Source: Octopus sinensis
Lineage: Eukaryota
Reading direction: 5' to 3'
Length of the DNA: 64,000 nucleotides
NCBI RefSeq assembly: GCF_006345805.1
Contig: NC_043006.1
Span: forward strand, 101,804,001-101,868,000
Shown here: positions 54,380 through 64,000 of the stretch, one piece after another
How positions within the stretch are numbered: the first letter of the stretch is position 1
Layout of the letters: each line of letters opens with the position of its first letter
Notes under the pieces: model-generated
Databases searched by the model: none
The model's input: only the letters and a program-made list of their open reading frames with translations
What the model was told of the DNA's origin: nothing
Program-made: the position numbers and the translations under genes

Positions 54380-54960
54380 AAGATATTGTATTAATGGCCT
54401 GTTGCTAACAGCACATTTCTCTGAACCCTGAACTCTTTGATTATTTTCTTTCTTCTAGTTGAAAAAGGAAATTTTTCCTGAAATATTATTGGATCAATAA
54501 ACAACCTATGCAAGGTGTCTTTTTTCTTTGTTGCATTCATTGTCATCACTTTACATATTTTGGTTAATTTCTCACCTGCATAGCTCAAAGGTTTCTTCAA
54601 GCATTTATTTCATTTACACATATTGCAAAACTTCAAACAAATTACTATATTCTTTCATCAAATGAAGCCTCACTTCAACTGTTAGATATATTTTCTTCAC
54701 GTGGCTGCAACCAAGATGGACTTCATTGCAATACATCATGAATCTCTACCCTTCATTAGCTTTGGAAGCTCCTTAATTTCATATTTAATTTCTCTGCCAT
54801 TAGCATCAATGTTGTCCAGTGGTCTTTGTCCTCTGGGGTGCAGAAATCTTCAAAATGTAACATCTGGTATGGCTTGTTAGTATTCAGCATGATAGCAGTG
54901 GCCAGTAAAGCCTGCCCTATGTTTAGTGATAATAGAAATGGGTGAACTGTGTCCATAAAT
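54380..54960 (-). pseudogene. Possible highly degenerate DNA transposase (Sola-like?)
   Basis: FLLSLNIGQALLATA and IIFQEKFPFS loosely resemble Sola motifs. Weak. Confidence 0.2.
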
Positions 54961-57566
54961 CTCCTCTTTGGTCATGTATTTATGCCATAAGATGTTTTAT
55001 GTCTTAGTAGGAAGTCTGGTGTACATAACACCAAAATGATTTTCTAGCTCCTTCTTCATTGTCAAAGTCTCAGCTCTGTATAGAGGACTACTTTGTGCAA
55101 TTGAGCCTTTGCATACCCTTACCTTATGAGAAGTTCTTCCATTTTATTTAACATCTCAGCAATAACATGCTATTTTTGAAAACATTATCTAAAGTAAAAA
55201 TGGGGAGTAAATAGCTTAGCGTTTACATGTGCACACACAAATACACATGCATGTCATACAATGCTTCTTTCTTCAATCACTTAAAATAAATGATGTGAGA
55301 AATATAACAAAAATAAAAGGATTTTCTTAAGAAATTTTCATTCTTCCATAAATGGACCTGATGAAAGGGAATCTTTCATTTGGTCAGTTTAAATTACAAT
55401 TACTCTTTTTTTAGCTTTGAGTATTACTGATATACTTAACTGAAAGTTGTCCCATTTATAAAAAATATATTATTAAACAAAATACAAAAAAAAAATGAAA
55501 TAAATTAAATGGGTTATTGATATCATCAGAACCATCGTCACCACCACCAGCATTACCATCATCATCACTTGCTTTCAGCCAAATTAGTTTTGCATTGCAA
55601 GCTGAAAAAAAAAGTGCTGTAGATCATTCTTCTAGACGGAGAAGATATTTTTAACAAGATTTGGCGCTTCAAGAGATTATTGTATCAAGAAACAAAAGTG
55701 ACCAATAGAAGCAAAATAAAAAGGAAAAGGGGAAAAAATCAATACAACACTAAGTAAGATTGTACTTATTATTTATTTATTTCTGTACAATGAACTTGAA
55801 GTTGATGATGATGAAGTTGTTAATGATATTGTTAGTGAGGATGCGGATGATAATGATGATGATCATGATGATGCTGTAGAAAAAGCATTTGGACATATAG
55901 AAAATTAACTGTTCATATCTCTGTTAGTTTCCTGATGGAATATGAATGCATTTTTAAATAAATTAGTGAAGCATTCAGTAGAAAAAGGGGGGAAAGAATA
56001 AAATTTGAAGAATTCCCAAAATCCACCCAAAGTCCAATTAAATGTATAGAAGTGACATACTCCAGTATGGTGATCACTATTATGGTTTGTTTAAATGATT
56101 GAAATTATTGGCAGAAGTAAAGAATGAGGTTATGTACTGGATATTAGATTTAGAACAGTAACCATTTTCCCAAAGGTTAGATGCTTACAACTATTTTGCG
56201 AGTGGTGTTTAACATTTGTTGTGTATTTTCTTTTTCTATGGTTGCTGGCTATCTGCTGCAATTTTTCATAGTCTGCTTTGAGGTATATGCATTTACTCCT
56301 ATTAAAGCCATTTTATAAATGGGCTTCTGTTTAGTGTCTGCCTTCTGATGCTAATTTTACATAAAAGTGTTAGTCAAAAACCTTTTATGCAGTGTTGCCT
56401 GCATTTGATGAGAAACTCCTTTCACTTTTGTTTTTGCCTTTTTGTTTGTTTGTTTTTTTTAAATATTTTTGTCTGGGAGCAAAGGCAGTGTCCATGACCC
56501 CTTAAAGGATTTCTAAGATGACTGGGTTTGACAGAGAAGATCTTGTATGAGTGCTTGCAATAGAATAATAGACTTTGCTAAAAGCACTTAAAATGCCAGT
56601 TGGTGGCTATATACAGAACAACAGATTATGCTTACCATCCAAGTAGTCCATGACAAGATTTGAACTCAGTGCACAAACACTGGAAAGCATCTGGTCTGAT
56701 GTTCTCACAATTCTTTCAGTTCACCACATGGGAAGGATACTTTATCATCAACAGTGAAAAGGCGACCAGCAATTCGTTTTTATATTCAATACATTTTACT
56801 TCCTGTTTTTAATACATTTTTCCATTTATATGTATGTATATATACACAAACACACACACACACACACATACACACATACAGTTTACTGCCAATACAACTG
56901 ACTGACAACTAAAAGTTGTTTTACCTTATTGAGAGCTCAATACAAAGCACCCAGCCACTCATGGCATCCTACTTGTTGATATGCCAATGTGTGTGTGTAT
57001 ATAGATATAGATATATATGTATGTGTGTGTGTGTGTGTATGTATTATATATTCTATTCAGACACTGTTGCCAAACAGTCAACACAGTATGCCTGCTACAT
57101 GCACTGTCAACTTTGTGACTTATCTACAGGGGACTACATTTGATTGTTTTCCTTACATTTTGAACATAAATATACAGAGTAGCTGGGATGGCTGAAACCA
57201 AAGTAGAGAGATCTTAGATCGACATTTTTCTGGAGTTACCCTAATATTTGCATTTTATGCATTTGCATATATTTATATACACAACTATTATTTAATTACT
57301 AAGATGACATTATAAACACAATTTTGAAACAAAAGAAAGAAAAAATAAAAACCTGACAAGAATCAAACCTTGTAAATATCACATCCTGGTTAACCATCAC
57401 ACTGATTAAACAAGGTACTCATTATTTCTCTTTCTCTGTCTAAAACTAACATAAATATCACATATTTCCAATATAAATCTGTTGCTCACTTAATGCCCTG
57501 TGGATAGGCCATTCTATTTTCATACTGTCTCGTTGTTATCTTTGTAGCTTTTGCTTGTCATCAGTC

Positions 57567-57656
57567 ATCATCTTCTCCTCCTCATCTGTATGAGAGGGCC
57601 CAACATACTGTCTAGAATTGTGATTCCATGATGCCAGATGAGGAGGAGAAGATGAT
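57567..57656. repeat. Perfect 22-bp inverted repeat with 46-nt spacer
   Basis: atcatcttctcctcctcatctg (57567-57588) / cagatgaggaggagaagatgat (57635-57656). Confidence 0.9.
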
Positions 57657-57729
57657 CAGGCCTGAGCATATGAATAATTCTAAATTCATGGTTGAGATTT
57701 AAATATAATATAATTGATATGAGATACAG

Positions 57730-57860
57730 ATATGGCTCTATGGTTAAGACAGTTGCTTTCCAAAATGTGTTTTCAGGTTCAGTTCCACTGTCTGGCACCT
57801 TGGTTAAGTGTCTTCTTGGATCTGGTTGACACATTCTGAAAGAAGCCCATTGTGTCTGTC
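57730..57860 (+). mobile_element. Degenerate A-type SINE head
   Basis: caggttcagttccactgtctggcaccttggttaagtgtcttc...ctgaaagaagccc. Confidence 0.65.
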
Positions 57861-57943
57861 TATCTGTATGTGTGTGTATATATATATATATATATATGTG
57901 TGTGTGGGTGTGTGTGTATATATGTATATATATTTATGTATAT

Positions 57944-58315
57944 CTCTTTTACTCGTTTCAGTCATTTGACTGCAGCCATGCTGGAGCACCGCCTTTAATC
58001 GAGCAACTCAACCCCAGTACTTATTCTATCAGTCTCTTTTGCCGAACCGCTAAGTAACGGGGACATAAACACACCAGCATCGGTTGTCAAGCAATGCTCG
58101 GGGGACAAACACAGACACACAAACACACACACGCATATATATACATATATACGACGGGCTTCTTTCAGTTTCCGTCTACCAAATCCACTCACAAGGCTTT
58201 GGTCGGTCCGAGGCTACAGTAGAAGACACTTGCCCAAGGTGCCACGCAGTGGGACTGAACACGGAACCATGTGGTTGGTAAACAAGCTACTTACTACACA
58301 GCCACTCCTGTGTCT
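57944..58315 (-). mobile_element. Family-A SINE, full length
   Basis: Reverse complement of the family-A copies. Confidence 0.92.
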
Positions 58316-58319
58316 GTGT

Positions 58320-58353
<34 letters not shown>

Positions 58354-58369
58354 CATACATACATATATA

Positions 58370-58415
<46 letters not shown>

Positions 58416-58416
58416 A

Positions 58417-58968
58417 AATTTAGAATGGTGGTATAACAATGCACCAATATTTATTGGAAATACCAGTCAATAATATATGATACTATAATAAAGCTTCACT
58501 GTATGTACTGGCAAAGACATATGCGGACGGCATACATAAGAAATTTCGTCTTACCTGTATGAAAAACATTAGATAAATGTCCAACCCAGATGTGGATAAT
58601 CTAGGACCTAGGTTTCAAACTCTTCAAGATATGTTTGCTAGCGTAAACTTGATTAGTTCCCTTCAGCTAGATTTACCAGAACAAAATTTCAATTGTTGCC
58701 ACATCAATGCCAGTATACTCGCTTGAACACCTAGCTGCTAACAGAAGCAAGAACAGAGAAAAAAGTTCAAAGAAAAATTTTAAATAGTGCAATGCAAGAG
58801 TTGGACATTTATCTAATGTTCTTCATACAGGTAAAATGAAATTTCTTATGTTTGCCACCTGCATACGTCATGCCAGTATATACAGTGAAGCTTTATTATA
58901 GCATCGTATATTATCAACTGCTATTTCCAGTAAATATTGGTGCATTCTTGTACCACCATTCTATATTT
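58417..58968. mobile_element. Fold-back element with inverted arms of about 170 bp
   Basis: 58417-58586 pairs with 58800-58968 (tagaatggtggta.../...taccaccattcta; acattagataaatgtccaac/gttggacatttatctaatgt). Confidence 0.8.
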
Positions 58969-59034
58969 ATGTTTATACTTTAACCATATGGTGCTTTATT
59001 TTACTGGAAAACAATATTCTTGTATTGCACTATT

Positions 59035-59443
59035 TGTGTGGTAAGTAGCTTGCTAACCAACCACATGGTTCCGGGTTCAGTCCCACTGCGTGGCATCTTG
59101 GGCAAGTGTCTTCTGCTGTAGCCCCGGGCCGACCAATGCCTTGTGAGTGGATTTGGTAGACGGAAACTGAAAGAAGCCTGTCGTATATATGTATGTGTGT
59201 GTGTTTGTGTGTCTGTAGCATTGCTTGACAACCGATGCTGGTGTGTGTACAACCGATGCTGTAGCATTGCTTGACAACCGATGCTGGTGTGTGTACTTAG
59301 CGGTTCAGCAAATGAGACCGATAGAATAAGTACTGGGCTTACAAAGAATAAGTCTCGGGGTCGATTTGCTCGACTAAAGGTGGTGCTCCAGCATGGCCGC
59401 AGTCAAATGACTGAAACAAGTAAAAGAGTAAAGAGTAAAGAGT
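59035..59443 (+). mobile_element. Family-A SINE with internal rearrangement
   Basis: Family-A sequence with tagcattgcttgacaaccgatgctggtgtgtgtac duplicated at 59216-59296. Confidence 0.9.
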
Positions 59444-59459
59444 ATATACATATATATAT

Positions 59460-59756
59460 CATTATCATCATCATCATCATCATCATCGTTTAACATCTGT
59501 TTTCCATGCTAGCATGGGTTGGATGGTTCAACTGGGGTTTGATCTGGCAGTGTTTCTACAGGTGGATGCCCTTCCTAACGCCAACCACTCCGTGAGTGTA
59601 GTGGGTGCTTTTTACGTGCCACCAGCACAGGCACCAGAGGAGGCTGGCAACGGCCACGATCAGTTGGTACTCTTTACATGCCACCAGTATGGACGCCAGT
59701 CAAGGCCGCGCTGGTATCGGCCACATTCGGATGGTGCTTTTTACATGCCACTGGCA
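59460..59756 (-). mobile_element. Family-E element, longest copy
   Basis: (CAT)n tail and three ggtgctttttacrtgccac-like repeats. Confidence 0.85.
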
Positions 59757-59811
59757 TACATATATATATATAATATATATATATATTATATATATATATA
59801 GATAGATAGAT

Positions 59812-60020
59812 GTTTCAAATTTTGGCACAAGGCCTGCAATTTCAGGGTTGGGGTAAGTCAATTACTTCGACCCCACTGCTCCACTACTCATTTTATCCAC
59901 CCACCCAAGGATGAAGAGCAAAGCTGACCTCAGCTGAATTTGACCTGCGAATGTAAAGAAGGACAGAATGCTGCTAAGCATTTTGTCCAGTGTGCTAATG
60001 ATTCTTCCATCTTGCCACCT
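59812..60020 (-). mobile_element. Degenerate family-G SINE
   Basis: ggcacaaggcctgcaatttc...aaagctgacctcagctgaatttga. Confidence 0.7.
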
Positions 60021-60026
60021 TATCTC

Positions 60027-60244
60027 CATTACATGCAGTTAAGTATATATCCTCGTTTCAGATCCATAAAGGGTTTAGTCCCATGGATGGCTTGTCAGCC
60101 GAAGGCATATAATTCTTCAAATCTGGTGGGTAGGAATCTGTTACGGTCCTTCAACTCTAGCTGGGAGTTACAGTCCCTTATATGTCTTCGGCTTCAGAGT
60201 CTGACAAGTCGTCCGAGGGACATATACTTAACTGCGTATAAATG
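60027..60244. mobile_element. MITE-like inverted-repeat element
   Basis: gcagttaagtat/atacttaactgc; gtcccatggatggcttgtcag/ctgacaagtcgtccgagggac; agccgaaggcatataa/ttatatgtcttcggct. Confidence 0.65.
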
Positions 60245-60299
60245 TATTACTGCTCTATGCTTTAGATTGTGCTTCTTTTGCGATATATGATACACTGGC

Positions 60300-60570
60300 A
60301 TGTGATTGTGTGTGTGTGTAATGTGTAAGTGTGTATATGTGAGCGTCTCTTTGTCTTGTCATGATGTGATAGTTGTAAATGAGTGTCATTCATTTCAAGT
60401 ATTCTTTAAAAACATGTTTGGTCATGGGGAGATACAAACTTGCTTGGAAACAGGTAAGGGTTGGTGATAGGAAAGGCATTCAGCTGTAGAAAATTCAACT
60501 CAGTAAACTCCCTCCTACCCATGCAAGCATGGAAAAGTGTATGTTAAAATGATGATGATGATGATGATAA
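60300..60570 (+). mobile_element. Family-F SINE 3' half
   Basis: ggaaaggcattcagctgtagaaaa...cccatgcaagcatggaaaag...(ATG)n. Confidence 0.7.
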
Positions 60571-60980
60571 AGACATTATAAGAACCAATTTGGGTCAGAA
60601 AAGAGAACTGATAGTCCAGCAGAACTCAGACGTTGTAACGTTCTAGGCCATTGTATTAATAATTAGATCATATAGCAACTATTGTGTTTCTCTCTGTCAA
60701 ATTAAACAACATAAGTATTGAAGTATTAATATATATCATAAGTAAAACACCTATACCTAATTTTACAGAGAGAAGTTGATAACACAGACATCTGAGAGAT
60801 GATAGATACGAGTTCCATTGAAGGCTGGTTCTGTCTGTTATTAGTTAGTACATACACTGTTTGATAATATAATTTATATATAAATAATAAAGGGTTGTTC
60901 TTTTTTGTACCTAGTTAATACATATACTGTCTGATGATACAATCTCTCTCTCATTTGATATATTTGTGTGTGTGTGTGTG

Positions 60981-61012
<32 letters not shown>

Positions 61013-61049
61013 ATAGAATCGCTCTGTTGAATAGCTAGCTTCTGCACGC

Positions 61050-61230
61050 ATTTTTTTTCTCTCCTTGTTTCTCTCCGTGTTTCTTTTCTGTGTATCTTTC
61101 TGTTGAAGAGTAGGCTCGAAACGTAAAAGACTTGTTTTATTTATATTCCTGAGCACCATACTAATACAATTGTTCGTTTGTTTTCCACCTGCCTTCATCT
61201 TTTGTTTATTTTCATAAAGCTTCCCGTTAT
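61050..61230 (+). mobile_element. Penelope 3'-terminal fragment (same family as the 39355 element)
   Basis: Homologous to the reverse complement of 39360-39500. Confidence 0.7.
61095..61130 (+). ncRNA. Minimal type-I hammerhead-like motif, CUGUUGA core variant
   Basis: UCUUU-CUGUUGA-A-GAG-uagg-CUC-GAAAC-GUA-AAAGA with stems I and II intact. Confidence 0.6.
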
Positions 61231-61300
61231 ATATATATATAGATAGATAGATAGATAGATAGATATTTATATAGATATATAGTTCAGGGACAGTAAATAG

Positions 61301-61629
61301 AATTCACGAGATTCTTTATTCAAACTCACTACAGTTGTTTCAACTCATCGTGCATCTGTACCTCACAGGTGAGATGCTGTAAAATGAATTGTTTTGCATC
61401 ACAGGTGCAGATTGTATCTCTTCCGGTGACTTTTGAAACAAGTATCTTGCTCTTTCTTCTATCCATTTCAGCCAAGCCAGGTACTTGGTTAAAAAGTCAT
61501 CTAAGGAGACACAACCTACCTGTACCTGTGATGCAAGACAATTGATTGTACAGCATCTCACCTGTGAGCTAGAGATACAGGATGAGTCAAAACAACTGCA
61601 GTGGATTTGAGTAAAGAATCTCATGAATT
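61301..61629. mobile_element. Long hairpin element (arms about 150 bp, loop about 25 nt)
   Basis: 61301-61451 pairs with 61476-61629 (ctcacaggtgagatgctgta/tacagcatctcacctgtgag). Confidence 0.8.
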
Positions 61630-61809
61630 TGTTTTTCTGTCTCTCGTCTATTTATATAAACTACATGAACTGCAAGAAATTCCTGAAATAAAACCAGTAG
61701 CATTTGCATCACTACTGATGTTGATATCAGGCTGCCAATATCTGTGGACATACTTTACATGGCATCCTACAAGGTTTATACCCAAATATAATCATAATTT
61801 TAACTATAT

Positions 61810-61927
61810 ATCATCATCATCCTTTAACATCTGTTTTCCATGCTGGCAAGCTGGAAAGCTATACCAGGTTCCAGTCTGATTTGGCTTGGTTTCTATTGCC
61901 GGGTGCTTTCTATATGACACTGGCACT
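61810..61927 (-). mobile_element. Internally deleted family-E element
   Basis: catcatcatcctttaacatctgttttccatgctggcaag...ccagtctgatttggc. Confidence 0.65.
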
Positions 61928-61942
61928 ATATATATATATATA

Positions 61943-63212
61943 TTAGGTTGTTCCGAAAATAATGGCTGATTTCAGAAATATAATTTTATTCTGGAAAAAT
62001 CAACACCAGAAATGTTTTGATGAGTTAAGAACATCTATGCATCTCTGCCATCAATCAACGAGTTTATTTATGCCTCGTTGATAAAAAGGTATTGGCTTTG
62101 ATACTAAGAAATGTTTGAAAGCTGATTCCACCTCTGGTTTGGACCTGAAAGTTTTATCACTTAAAAACGTGTTTAAACACTTAAAAAAGTGGTAGTCAGT
62201 GGGTGAAAGATCAGGAGAATATGGAAGATGTGGTAAAGTTGCATATCCCAAGTTTGTGAGTTTCTGCAGTGTCATTCTTGCAGCATGTAGCTTTGCATTA
62301 TTGTGGAGCTGAATTGGGTCATGCCGATTCATCAATGCAGGTCTCATTTTTGCAAGTGAGCATGCATTTCAGCGAGTTGATTGCAGTAAACCTCTGCTGT
62401 AATGCTCTGATTGACTTCTAGAAAGCTGTAATAAACAGCACCAATTGCAGACCACTAGACAGTCACCATAATCTTTTGCTGATGCAACTTTGGCTTTGGG
62501 AAATGTTTGGGGGACCCATCACGATCAAGCCATTACCCAATCATTTATGGTTATCATAAAGGATCCACTTTCTGTCACAAGTGACTATTCTGTCAAGAAA
62601 AGGATCATTGGTGTTTTGCAGAAAGAGCATTGAGCAAACTTCAAAATGCTGAACATTATGATTTTCATTGAGTTCATGTGGTACCCGTTTATCGAGCTTT
62701 TTCGCCTTACCAATCTTCTGCAGATTGTGTGAGAACATTGCAATACCAACACCAAGTGCCTGAGACATTTCTCTGATACTTTGATGTGAATTTTGTTCAA
62801 CAATTACTTTCAATTGTTCATTGTCAAGACTACATGACCATCCTTTGCCTTCTTCATCTTCAAGGCTCTCATCACCACAACAGAATTTCTGAAACCACCT
62901 TTGTACTGTGCGATCACTTGTGGATCCCTCTCCTCATGCTCTGTTGATGTTGGCAGTGGTTTGGGAGGCATTGTGCCCAAGCTTGAACTCATGCAAGAAA
63001 AGTAAGCAAAGGTCCGTTTTTGTCATGTTCATAATTAAGGGCGCCTATGCTTCAAGAATGTTTTCTGTCTGAAATAAGTAGAAAATTATTAAAGAGCATA
63101 CAACAGTTATGAAGTATGTTGAAATTCACCTAAAATATAATTAAAATACTATGATAAAATTGTGTTTCAAAACACAACATTTAGAGCAGCCATTATTTTC
63201 AGAACTACCTAA
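61943..63212 (-). mobile_element. Full-length inactive mariner transposon (DD34D, cecropia/Hsmar1-like)
   Basis: 26-bp imperfect TIRs ttaggttgttccgaaaataatggctg / cagccattattttcagaactacctaa with TA on both sides, about 1.27 kb. Confidence 0.95.
62020..63026 (-). pseudogene. Mariner transposase pseudogene
   Basis: Motifs HEFKLGHNA, RVPHEL (from WVPHEL), IVTCDRKW, LHNNAKLH and PYSPDLSPTDYHFF, with stops and a frameshift. Confidence 0.93.
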
Positions 63213-63479
63213 TATGTGTGTGTGTGTGTGCATACATATATGAGAAAAAGACTGTCAATAGAATAATATCTGACAATATTTTTCTCTTTATATGTTTATG
63301 TGACTTGTAATATATTCGTTGTTTCTGTAAATAAAGTGGATAAAAAAATGATGATGACAAATGAAGACTGGGTTAAACGTGTTTGTTTCAAATTCTTTTG
63401 GATTGGGAGGTGAGCATCGATCAACCTAGAAATGTTGGCTCAGTACTTTAACAATTAATTATCATTATCATTATTGTCA

Positions 63480-63715
63480 GGACATTGATGTGGCTTAAAT
63501 AACTGAGTGCTGGTCTAAATAATACTTCACTAAATTCAAGTGGCTGTCTTTATGGTGTGTGTTCAAAACTGACTGGAGTTAATTTAGCCTTTCATCCTAC
63601 CTGAGACCTGAGTCAATTGAAAGAAACACTAGTCAAACGCTGGTGTTGTGGTTTCATTGCATCAATCCTCCTTTCTTCCAAAATTTGTGACTTTGTTCCA
63701 TTGCTAGAAATTATT
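63480..63715 (+). mobile_element. Degenerate family-G SINE
   Basis: ttagcctttcatcc...ccaaaatttgtgactttgt followed by (ATT)n. Confidence 0.5.
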
Positions 63716-64000
63716 ATTGTTATCATCATCATTATTAATATTCCTTATTGTTATTATTGTTAGTTGTTTTACATTGTTATTCTAATCATTTTTTTCTTTT
63801 TTTTTTGTTTGGCTGTTATATCAGTTACTATGACTACAAATATTATCATTATCTAGCTGTAACTATCCCATAAAGATTTCTTTTTTTTTATTTCATATGC
63901 TTTCATTCAGTACAAAAAAATAATAAAATAAAATGTTAAGAGAAGAATAATAACAACAAAAATTGTTGTTATTCTGTGACTTAATACAAAACCAAAACTA

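Noticed and set aside
63848-63862. ttatctagctgta resembles part of miR-9
   Set aside because: The seed is absent and there is no hairpin.

Overview
AT-rich, microsatellite-dense animal genomic DNA, intronic or intergenic. The SINE repertoire suggests an octopus (coleoid cephalopod); this is an inference. No intact host protein-coding gene is supported, and nearly all listed ORFs are microsatellite or SINE artefacts. The window holds several tRNA-headed SINE families (labelled A-G here) that share modules, a full-length dead mariner (61943-63212), a maT/Tc1-mariner fragment, piggyBac- and pogo-type MITEs, and three Penelope-like (GIY-YIG) remnants. It also has at least five minimal type-I hammerhead-ribozyme-like motifs and many inverted-repeat structures. 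The best candidate for an undescribed system is 7915-8976: a head-to-head palindromic element with a tRNA-like Pol III head, a microsatellite and a Penelope-type hammerhead tail, inserted into a SINE with a 13-bp target duplication. Other highlights are a 5'-inverted SINE with TSD (twin-priming signature), a hammerhead core variant shared by three copies, and several long fold-backs. All alignments were made by eye, and boundaries of degenerate elements are approximate.
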